From Bacillus subtilis subsp. subtilis str. 168 (GTDB lineage: Bacteria > Bacillota > Bacilli > Bacillales > Bacillaceae): DNA of 32,000 nt. Position numbers and translations under genes: made by a program. The notes beneath the pieces were generated by a model. That model did not search any database. It had not been told where the DNA came from and saw nothing but the letters and a program-made list of their open reading frames with translations. Where the stretch lies: the NCBI RefSeq assembly GCF_000009045.1, contig NC_000964.3:1140001-1172000 (forward strand), in the 5' to 3' direction. Below, piece after piece: positions 10,428-17,236 of the stretch (positions are counted from its first letter, which is position 1; every line of letters starts with the position of its first letter).

Positions 10428-10509
10428 ACGAGCACATCCTTTGTTGAAAAATTAAAAAAAGACAGGTAAAGTGAAATGACAATTCCGATTTCAATTGGGC
10501 TATTCACGA

Positions 10510-10540
10510 TAGCTTATGACAAACGCACATATGTGTGAGA
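10510..10540 (-). promoter_or_regulatory. Candidate sigma-K-type promoter of the gerP operon
   Basis: The minus strand reads ..tctcAC-16 nt-CATAAGCTA, which matches the sigma-K pattern AC / CATAnnnTA, about 85 nt upstream of the gerPA ATG. gerP is reported to be sigma-K dependent. Confidence 0.45.
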
Positions 10541-10849
10541 GAAATTTTAAGGGGACATATCGGCTCTTTGTGAAAGCGTTTTATTTTTTCGGGCCGTTAT
10601 GTTTAAACATGGCAAAAGAGGATGTTGGGTATAAATTGAGCGGAAATGCGGCGAAGGATGCCGCTATCCGCCTATGGTGATTTTTGTTTATTTCTTTGGT
10701 GTTTTTGCGTGTAGAATGCTTTTTGGAGTATGTCGTGCTGCGGTATTCGATTTTTGGGCGGGCACATTCTCGCCCTGAGGTATATCTCAGAAGTGCTGAG
10801 CAAAAATCGGAGTTAAATGTGGTGTATTCTAATTGTTATAGAAAATGAT

Positions 10850-11020
10850 TTACATACGGGAGTTTTCAAGATATCTCCCAAAAATCATTTCTTCTTTAAT
10901 CCGGGTATTCAGCAGGATATCCAGCTCTTGGCTGCATTGAATCGTTTCTTTTGAATTCATGCCGTATTTTTGTGCGGTTTCAATTAGTGTGATCCTCATT
11001 TCTTCAATTTTACTGTTCAT
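10850..11020 (-). CDS. yisI: Spo0E-family aspartyl-phosphate phosphatase (Spo0A~P phosphatase), 56 aa, below the ORF-track cutoff
   Basis: Hand translation gives MNSKIEEMRITLIETAQKYGMNSKETIQCSQELDILLNTRIKEEMIFGRYLENSRM*. It contains the Spo0E-family SQELD motif. SD GGAGATAG lies upstream. Confidence 0.88.
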   Translation of the reverse strand: MNSKIEEMRITLIETAQKYGMNSKETIQCSQELDILLNTRIKEEMIFGRYLENSRM

Positions 11021-11165
11021 TACGCTATCTCCAATTCTAGATTTTATTTTGATATAAATACAGGATATCGTTAGTATAACCTATTTTGGCTCAAAAGGTT
11101 GCCTTTCGTCAATTTGACTAAAAAAGCGACAATTTTTGCTGCGGCCTTTTTTAATGGAGAAAGGA

Positions 11166-12089
11166 CTAAAGTCTTGCTAAGTGTGCTTGCAAAAAGTCCT
11201 GCCGTTCCTCAATTTCTCTAAGTATGTTGGTCTGCTCCTTTTCGATTTGAAAGGGGCTTTTTTTGATAAAAGGATCATCAGCAGCACTTTGACAAATGTC
11301 AAGGTGCCATTCGTTGATGAGAGGAGATAATCGTTCAATAGTAAACGACCGCTTCAGCACGTTTTTCATTAAGGTGTGATATTGCGACCTGAAGGCGGGA
11401 ATGGATAGAAGCCTTGACGAAAGCGTCTTTCCTTTTGTCAGAAGCGGGTCTTCTTCATACCATTCTTGTACGGCAAGCGATCTTGTCTCCATCGGGGAAA
11501 CGTAAAGCCGACCGGATTCGTTTAAACAAAATGTGTAGTAAAAGCCTTGATTGGTGCAGGTGTTGCCGATCAGCCACAAAAAAAACAGCTTGACATCCAG
11601 ATACAATTTAATCCTTTCAGCCAATTCGTCATCTCCGGCTGTGCGGATCAGTATGAAAAATTCATGTAAGAATGCCGAGGAATCATTGTTAAAAAGGGAC
11701 AATGGAACCCTTGGATCGGCCGTCTTCACTCCGTAACTCCTTTTACCGGCTGGCTGATGGTTCTTGATGTTCAAATAAATGCCTTCAGGCTGGCCATTGA
11801 TGGTCAGAAAGCTGTACGAGGCAACGGGAGCAGGTACGCCGATCTGGTCAAAAAAACAATAGGCGAGTCTGCGCCGCATCAGGGACGGATCATCCTGTTC
11901 TGCATTCAAAAAAAGTGTCCTTTCACCAAGCAGAGACTTTTCCCAGCTGATTTCATAGGATGCCTTTTCCGCTCTGTCACGCTGTGTGAGAAGAATGGGA
12001 GAAACAGATCGATCTGTTACGAAAAGCCCCTTGGCTGTACCTTTCCTTTTCAGCTGCTCCCGATGAAAAAATAAATGCACGCGCTCCAT
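11166..12089 (-). CDS. yisJ: CotH-like spore coat protein (CotH kinase family)
   Basis: 307-aa ORF with SD AGGAGG 7 nt upstream. I recognise it as the B. subtilis CotH paralog YisJ from sequence and position. Confidence 0.85.
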   Translation of the reverse strand: MERVHLFFHREQLKRKGTAKGLFVTDRSVSPILLTQRDRAEKASYEISWEKSLLGERTLFLNAEQDDPSLMRRRLAYCFFDQIGVPAPVASYSFLTINGQPEGIYLNIKNHQPAGKRSYGVKTADPRVPLSLFNNDSSAFLHEFFILIRTAGDDELAERIKLYLDVKLFFLWLIGNTCTNQGFYYTFCLNESGRLYVSPMETRSLAVQEWYEEDPLLTKGKTLSSRLLSIPAFRSQYHTLMKNVLKRSFTIERLSPLINEWHLDICQSAADDPFIKKSPFQIEKEQTNILREIEERQDFLQAHLARL

Positions 12090-12164
12090 ATTCTTTCCTC
12101 CTTCTCAAAACGACATTTGTATGATATGTAGAGCAAGCCCGTCCTGAAACGAAATGAAAACGGA

Positions 12165-12205
12165 ATTGAGAAAAAGGGATTTCAGCATTCGACAGAGAAT
12201 ACATG
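12165..12205 (+). promoter_or_regulatory. Candidate sigma-H-type promoter plus Spo0A box upstream of yisK
   Basis: AAAGGGATTT ... 15 nt ... GAGAATAC resembles sigma-H -35 (AGGAwww) and -10 (GAAT) elements. TTCGACA (12188-12194) is the reverse complement of the 0A-box core TGTCGAA. Confidence 0.35.
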
Positions 12206-12243
12206 AAGGAGCATTCTGATTTAAAAGATGATGGAGGAATAAC

Positions 12244-13149
12244 ATGAAATTTGCGACAGGGGAACTTTACAACCGAATGTTTGTCGGCCTGATCATTGAC
12301 GATGAGAAAATTATGGATTTGCAGAAGGCTGAAAAAAAACTGTTTGAACTTGAGACGATTCCGGGATCGCTGATTGAATGTATCGCAGAAGGGGATAAAT
12401 TCGTTGCGCATGCAAGGCAGCTGGCCGAGTGGGCAAAGAAACCGAATGATGAGCTGGGATCATTTATGTATTCATTATCTGAGGTGAAGCTCCATGCACC
12501 CATTCCGAAGCCATCAAAAAATATCATCTGCATCGGCAAAAACTACCGGGATCACGCGATTGAAATGGGGAGCGAGGCTGATATTCCGGAGCATCCGATG
12601 GTATTTACAAAATCGCCGGTAACGGTTACGGGGCATGGTGATATCGTAAAGAGCCATGAAGAGGTTACCTCTCAGCTTGATTATGAGGGAGAACTTGCTG
12701 TCGTGATCGGAAAAAGCGGGACTCGCATTTCAAAAGAAGATGCATATGACCATGTTTTCGGATATACGATTGTGAATGATATCACGGCGCGTGATCTGCA
12801 AAAAAGGCATAAGCAGTTTTTTATCGGAAAAAGCTTGGATACGACATGTCCGATGGGGCCCGTGCTTGTACATAAATCATCTATTCAGGAGCCAGAGCGC
12901 CTCAAGGTTGAAACAAGAGTCAACGGCGAGCTGCGCCAATCCGGTTCGGCAAGCGATATGATCTTTTCCATTCCGGAATTAATTGAAACCCTCTCAAAGG
13001 GGATGACGCTTGAAGCGGGCGACATTATTGCCACCGGTACGCCGTCTGGTGTCGGCAAGGGGTTTACGCCTCCAAAATTCTTGCGGTCAGGTGACAAAAT
13101 TGATATTACAATTGATCCGATCGGAACGCTGTCAAACCAAATTGGCTGA
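12244..13149 (+). CDS. yisK: Fumarylacetoacetate hydrolase-family enzyme (reported oxaloacetate decarboxylase; Mbl-interacting)
   Basis: SD GGAGG 6 nt upstream. FAH-fold motifs: IICIGKNY, YEGELAVVIGK, GYTIVNDITARD, GDIIATGTPSGVG. Confidence 0.93.
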   Translation: MKFATGELYNRMFVGLIIDDEKIMDLQKAEKKLFELETIPGSLIECIAEGDKFVAHARQLAEWAKKPNDELGSFMYSLSEVKLHAPIPKPSKNIICIGKNYRDHAIEMGSEADIPEHPMVFTKSPVTVTGHGDIVKSHEEVTSQLDYEGELAVVIGKSGTRISKEDAYDHVFGYTIVNDITARDLQKRHKQFFIGKSLDTTCPMGPVLVHKSSIQEPERLKVETRVNGELRQSGSASDMIFSIPELIETLSKGMTLEAGDIIATGTPSGVGKGFTPPKFLRSGDKIDITIDPIGTLSNQIG

Positions 13150-13157
13150 ATAAAACT

Positions 13158-13188
13158 GGAGGGCGGACCCGGACCCGCCCGTTTTTTC
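13158..13188 (+). terminator. Intrinsic terminator after yisK
   Basis: GGGCGG (13161-13166) pairs with CCGCCC (13175-13180), followed by GTTTTTT. Confidence 0.8.
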
Positions 13189-13200
13189 TGATAATCATCT

Positions 13201-13230
13201 TTGTGACAGAGGACAAGTTCATGGTACTAT
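13201..13230 (+). promoter_or_regulatory. Candidate sigma-A promoter of yisL
   Basis: TTGTGA (13201-13206), an 18-nt spacer, then TACTAT (13225-13230), with TGG immediately upstream of the -10 (extended -10 like). Confidence 0.4.
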
Positions 13231-13264
13231 AAGTGGGGTAATTTATCTGATAGGGGGAACATAT

Positions 13265-13621
13265 ATGACACACCTACATATTACGACATGGGTGGTAGCG
13301 CTGATTCTGCTTTTCGTCAGCTACTCGCTGTATTCGTCAGGAAGTGCAAAGGGCGCAAAAATCACTCATATGATTCTGCGGTTATTCTATATCCTTATTA
13401 TTTTGACAGGAGCTGAGCTGTTTGTCCGTTTCGCCAACTGGAACGGAGAATACGCCGGCAAAATGATTCTGGGCATTATCACCATCGGCCTGATGGAAAT
13501 GCTCCTCATCCGCAAGAAAAAAGAAAAATCAACAGGAGGCCTGTGGGTCGGCTTCGTCATTGTCCTTTTGCTGACAGTGCTGCTCGGTCTGCATTTGCCA
13601 ATTGGTTTTCAATTGTTTTAA
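13265..13621 (+). CDS. yisL: Small integral membrane protein (UPF0344 family)
   Basis: 118 aa with four hydrophobic segments. SD GGGGGA 6 nt upstream. Confidence 0.88.
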   Translation: MTHLHITTWVVALILLFVSYSLYSSGSAKGAKITHMILRLFYILIILTGAELFVRFANWNGEYAGKMILGIITIGLMEMLLIRKKKEKSTGGLWVGFVIVLLLTVLLGLHLPIGFQLF

Positions 13622-13637
13622 TAGAAAAACCTATGAA

Positions 13638-13668
13638 CCCGGCTCTTTGATAGAGCTGGTTTTTTTTA
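13638..13668 (+). terminator. Intrinsic terminator after yisL
   Basis: CCGGCTCT / TTGAT / AGAGCTGG (one G:U), followed by T8. Confidence 0.75.
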
Positions 13669-13695
13669 TATTTATCCCCTCATATTCCAAATCAT

Positions 13696-13713
13696 TTAAA
13701 ATAACCTTAAAAT
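13696..13713 (+). promoter_or_regulatory. Direct repeat TTAAAAT-N4-TTAAAAT upstream of wprA (candidate response-regulator site)
   Basis: Two exact 7-mers at 13696-13702 and 13707-13713, with 11-bp periodicity, lie about 80 nt upstream of the wprA ATG. No good -35 hexamer is nearby. Confidence 0.3.
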
Positions 13714-13788
13714 TCCCTGTAAGCGGTATCTCGTCCTATGAAATTATGATACCTTCAAGGAGATTCATTATTTTGCAGGAGGGATAAC

Positions 13789-16473
13789 ATGAAACGCAGA
13801 AAATTCAGCTCGGTTGTGGCGGCAGTGCTTATTTTTGCACTGATTTTCAGCCTTTTTTCTCCGGGAACCAAAGCTGCAGCGGCCGGCGCGATCGATCAGG
13901 CGGCTGCTCTGGAAAACGGCAAAGAGCAGACAGGCGCCATGAAGGAGCCGGAACAGGTGAAATGGTACAAAGTGACCCCGGGAGCAACGGATATTCAGAA
14001 AAACTCACATATGGCACTGACCGTAAAGAGTGATTCAGTACTGAATGTATCTGTATATCCAAGTAAGGAAAAAGCGCTTAAAGATGAGACGTTTGAGATG
14101 TACCGTTCTTTCACAGCGGAGGATGGAAAAAGCGAAGTCATTTTTCCATACGCGTGGAGCGGCCCTTACTATGTAAAAGTTGAATACCTCGGAGAAGAAG
14201 AACCAGAGGACGGCGGAACGGCAGAAGCAGCTGCAGAAGCCAAGTATACGATTGGGTATAAAGGCACCAAAAAACAGCCGTCAGATTTAGAAGAGGAAGA
14301 AGCTTGTCCGGTTGAAATGAGTGTCGATCAGAAGAAATCAGGAAAAGGCATCCTGGATAAGTTGAGATCGATTCGTGATGAGCAGCTGAGCCAAACAGCA
14401 GAAGGCAAAGAACTGACAAGCCTTTATTACAAAGCAGCACCGTTTATCGTTGCAAAGCTCGCACTCAATAAAACAGCAAGAAATGAAATCTATCAGGATC
14501 TTGTGACATTAAAGCCGTTATTTGACGATGTGTCAGAAAACGGAGCATCATCTTCGTATAAGGTCACTGAAAAGGATCAAAAAGCGATCAACCGGCTATA
14601 TGATAAAGCTTTACAATCAGTCCCGTCATTCCTTAAAGAGGAGATAAAGAAACAAGCGGACCGACTAAATATGAAGCAGCTGCAAGGCAAAACAGCAGGA
14701 GCCATTTTAACAGAAAACAATATTGCAGCAAAAAGTGAAGTTCAGACAACAAAGGTTATTTTCAAGGTGAAGGACAATAAAAGCCTCTCATCCGTACATA
14801 ATGAAATGAAGGGCTTTTCTGCAAGCGCGCAATCGAAAAAAGACATATCTAATGTGAAAAAGGCAAAGAAACTGTTTGACAATCTGTATTCATTTGAACT
14901 TCCGAAAGACGAGAAACAGAACGGCGCATATACGGCAAGCGCCAAAAGGGTCAAAAGCGCTGCTGCGACACTATCCAAGATGTCCAATGTAGAGTTTGCG
15001 GAACCCGTACAGGAATACAAAAGCTTGGCAAACGATATTCAGTACCCTTATCAATGGCCGCTTAAAAACAACGGTGAAAACGGCGGTGTCAAAAATGCGG
15101 ATGTGAAATATGAGCCTGCCAACACATTGCTGTCCAAACGCAAGCTTAACGATACACTCATTGCAGTAGTAGACACAGGCGTAGACAGCACGCTTGCCGA
15201 TTTAAAAGGAAAAGTAAGAACAGATCTCGGACACAATTTTGTCGGACGAAATAACAATGCAATGGATGATCAGGGGCATGGGACGCATGTCGCAGGCATT
15301 ATTGCAGCCCAAAGCGATAACGGCTATTCAATGACTGGATTGAATGCCAAAGCAAAAATCATCCCTGTAAAAGTGCTTGATTCCGCAGGTTCCGGAGATA
15401 CTGAACAAATTGCTCTCGGCATCAAATATGCTGCTGACAAAGGAGCAAAGGTGATTAATTTAAGTTTAGGCGGAGGCTACAGCCGCGTGCTTGAATTTGC
15501 TTTGAAGTACGCAGCTGACAAAAATGTCTTGATTGCCGCAGCCAGCGGGAATGATGGAGAAAATGCCTTATCTTATCCTGCATCTTCTAAATATGTGATG
15601 TCAGTCGGCGCAACGAATCGCATGGATATGACCGCTGATTTCTCTAACTATGGAAAAGGTCTGGACATCTCTGCTCCAGGGTCTGATATCCCGAGCTTAG
15701 TGCCGAACGGAAATGTCACGTACATGAGCGGAACGTCTATGGCGACGCCATATGCTGCCGCCGCTGCGGGACTGCTGTTTGCTCAAAATCCTAAGCTAAA
15801 AAGAACAGAAGTTGAGGATATGTTGAAAAAGACGGCAGATGATATTTCCTTTGAAAGTGTCGATGGCGGAGAAGAAGAGTTGTATGACGATTATGGCGAT
15901 CCGATTGAAATTCCGAAGACACCTGGTGTAGACTGGCATTCAGGCTACGGGCGGCTGAATGTCATGAAGGCTGTCAGCGCAGCTGATTTACAGCTTAAGG
16001 TCAACAAGCTGGAAAGCACTCAAACAGCTGTCAGAGGAAGCGCGAAGGAAGGCACCCTTATCGAGGTGATGAACGGCAAAAAGAAACTCGGCAGCGCCAA
16101 AGCCGGAAAAGACAATGCGTTCAAGGTGAATATCGCGACTCAAAAACAGGATCAAGTACTGTATCTGAAAGCAACAAAAGGCGATGCGAAAACATCGTAT
16201 AAAGTTGTTGTCGTCAAAGGAAAACCTTCCGGCACACCGAAAGTAAACGCGGTGAAAACGAAGGATACGGCAGTAAAAGGGAAGGCAAACAGCAAAGCGA
16301 TGATCAGAGTGAAAAACAAATCAAAGAAAGTCATTGCTTCTGCCAAAGCTGACGCAAAAGGAACGTTTTCGGTGAAAATCAAAAAACAAAAAGCCGGAAC
16401 GGTGCTGTACGTCACGGCTGTGGATACAGATAAAAAAGAAAGCAAGGAAGCAAAAGTTGTTGTTGAAAAGTAA
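13789..16473 (+). CDS. wprA: Cell wall-associated subtilisin-family serine protease precursor (CWBP23 + CWBP52)
   Basis: SD AGGAGGG. Signal peptide MKRRKFSSVVAAVLIFALIFSLFSPGTKA-AAAG. S8 catalytic triad motifs: VAVVDTGVD, HGTHVAGIIAA, SGTSMATPYAAAAAG. Confidence 0.95.
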   Translation: MKRRKFSSVVAAVLIFALIFSLFSPGTKAAAAGAIDQAAALENGKEQTGAMKEPEQVKWYKVTPGATDIQKNSHMALTVKSDSVLNVSVYPSKEKALKDETFEMYRSFTAEDGKSEVIFPYAWSGPYYVKVEYLGEEEPEDGGTAEAAAEAKYTIGYKGTKKQPSDLEEEEACPVEMSVDQKKSGKGILDKLRSIRDEQLSQTAEGKELTSLYYKAAPFIVAKLALNKTARNEIYQDLVTLKPLFDDVSENGASSSYKVTEKDQKAINRLYDKALQSVPSFLKEEIKKQADRLNMKQLQGKTAGAILTENNIAAKSEVQTTKVIFKVKDNKSLSSVHNEMKGFSASAQSKKDISNVKKAKKLFDNLYSFELPKDEKQNGAYTASAKRVKSAAATLSKMSNVEFAEPVQEYKSLANDIQYPYQWPLKNNGENGGVKNADVKYEPANTLLSKRKLNDTLIAVVDTGVDSTLADLKGKVRTDLGHNFVGRNNNAMDDQGHGTHVAGIIAAQSDNGYSMTGLNAKAKIIPVKVLDSAGSGDTEQIALGIKYAADKGAKVINLSLGGGYSRVLEFALKYAADKNVLIAAASGNDGENALSYPASSKYVMSVGATNRMDMTADFSNYGKGLDISAPGSDIPSLVPNGNVTYMSGTSMATPYAAAAAGLLFAQNPKLKRTEVEDMLKKTADDISFESVDGGEEELYDDYGDPIEIPKTPGVDWHSGYGRLNVMKAVSAADLQLKVNKLESTQTAVRGSAKEGTLIEVMNGKKKLGSAKAGKDNAFKVNIATQKQDQVLYLKATKGDAKTSYKVVVVKGKPSGTPKVNAVKTKDTAVKGKANSKAMIRVKNKSKKVIASAKADAKGTFSVKIKKQKAGTVLYVTAVDTDKKESKEAKVVVEK
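15988..16470 (+). repeat. Two tandem units of about 76-85 aa (Ig-like beta-domain pattern) at the WprA C-terminus
   Basis: Unit 1 (15988-16215): ..TAVRGSAKEGTLIEVMNGKKKLGSAKAGKDNAFKVNIATQKQDQVLYLKA..SYKVVVV. Unit 2 (16216-16470): ..TAVKGKANSKAMIRVKNKSKKVIASAKADAKGTFSVKIKKQKAGTVLYVTA..EAKVVVE. The repeat is at protein level, not an exact DNA repeat. Confidence 0.6.
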
Positions 16474-16475
16474 CC

Positions 16476-16506
16476 AAAAAGCGGTGCTCGATGCACCGCT
16501 TTTTTA
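16476..16506. terminator. Bidirectional terminator shared by wprA (+) and yisN (-)
   Basis: AAAAA-GCGGTGC-TCGAT-GCACCGC-TTTTTT. The yisN stop (16504-16506) lies in the T-tract. Confidence 0.85.
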
Positions 16507-17067
16507 TTTGCGCCCCCGTTGGACTGCTGTGTACATAATGGATCGCTTTCCGTTTGAAGCCGTCCATTCAAAACGGTCTCCTGTCCCTTCGCTGCTGTAG
16601 TTGTAGTGATGCTGCATCGCGCATTGTGCGGTGTCATTTGAAAAGTGATAAAAGGACACACCCTGCCCCGCCGAAGTATTCGAAAAGACTCCTTTATTAT
16701 AAGAAAAGACGCAATCGAATACCGATAAGCCGAAGCTGTGCAAGTGCTGCAGAAATGCGAGAAAGGTTTCGTCGTCAAGCGAATCCAAAAGCGCCATGAG
16801 CGGCCGCTTGACTGATTTCTCATAGCGGATGCGTTCTCCGCCGGAAAGGGAGATGTTTTCTGCACCGCATGCCAAAACCAACTTGTCCTGAAAGCCGGCT
16901 TGCTCCCACTTTCCTTTATGATGGATCCAGATTGGGCTGTGTTGGAGACTGTCCGCCAGCAGTATATCGCCTTCACCGTTTTCGATTAAGCAGATGCCGT
17001 CTTCAATGAGGATGGTGCCGTATTCCCACTTTCGTTCCTCTGTATATAACAATTGTTTCCGTTTCAT
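16504..17067 (-). CDS. yisN: Conserved hypothetical protein YisN
   Basis: The start is uncertain. The best SD (AAGGAG, 9-nt spacing) precedes the ATG at 17067 (MKRKQLLYTEE...). In-frame alternatives are the ATG at 17091 and the TTG at 17145 (ORF-track start). Confidence 0.8.
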   Translation of the reverse strand: MKRKQLLYTEERKWEYGTILIEDGICLIENGEGDILLADSLQHSPIWIHHKGKWEQAGFQDKLVLACGAENISLSGGERIRYEKSVKRPLMALLDSLDDETFLAFLQHLHSFGLSVFDCVFSYNKGVFSNTSAGQGVSFYHFSNDTAQCAMQHHYNYSSEGTGDRFEWTASNGKRSIMYTAVQRGRK

Positions 17068-17236
17068 CCATGCTGTCTCCTTTTTCTTCATTCCTCTCTT
17101 TTCTTTCCAATTCAAGCCTGTCCCATACAACTCTTTTATGGACAAATCAACTATCTGCCTATAGATGCATAAACTTACTAAGGTGCTGAAAGAAACGAAA
17201 TTGTTACGAAAGAAACGGGATTGGAGCTGATGTCAC

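Noticed and set aside
10609-10680. A 23-codon ORF (MAKEDVGYKLSGNAAKDAAIRLW) in the gerPA-yisI gap.
   Set aside because: No Shine-Dalgarno sequence lies at a usable distance, and nothing beyond an open frame supports it. The neighbouring 37-codon ORF (10735-10848) at least has GGAG at 6 nt, but it is also unsupported without conservation or Ribo-seq data.
11977-12411. A 144-aa minus-strand ORF spanning the yisJ start, the yisJ/yisK intergenic region and the yisK 5' end.
   Set aside because: It overlaps two well-supported genes and their promoters, has no SD, and gives a basic low-complexity translation typical of an off-frame read.
13602-13787. A 61-aa plus-strand ORF between yisL and wprA.
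   Set aside because: It overlaps the yisL 3' end, reads straight through the yisL terminator hairpin and T8 tract, has no SD and has an AT-rich, implausible composition.
16152-16976. A 274-aa minus-strand ORF overlapping the wprA 3' end, the wprA/yisN terminator and yisN.
   Set aside because: It runs antisense to the Lys-rich wprA repeats, which gives F/T/S-rich low-complexity translation. It crosses a strong bidirectional terminator and competes with the better-supported yisN frame, which has an SD and globular composition. No SD is visible.
17124-17131. CATACAAC (sigma-E/sigma-K -10-like) upstream of asnO, and CATAAACT at 17167-17174.
   Set aside because: Both are partial matches without a convincing -35 partner at the right spacing. 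I cannot choose between them by eye, so no asnO promoter is called, although asnO is reported to be sporulation-specific.
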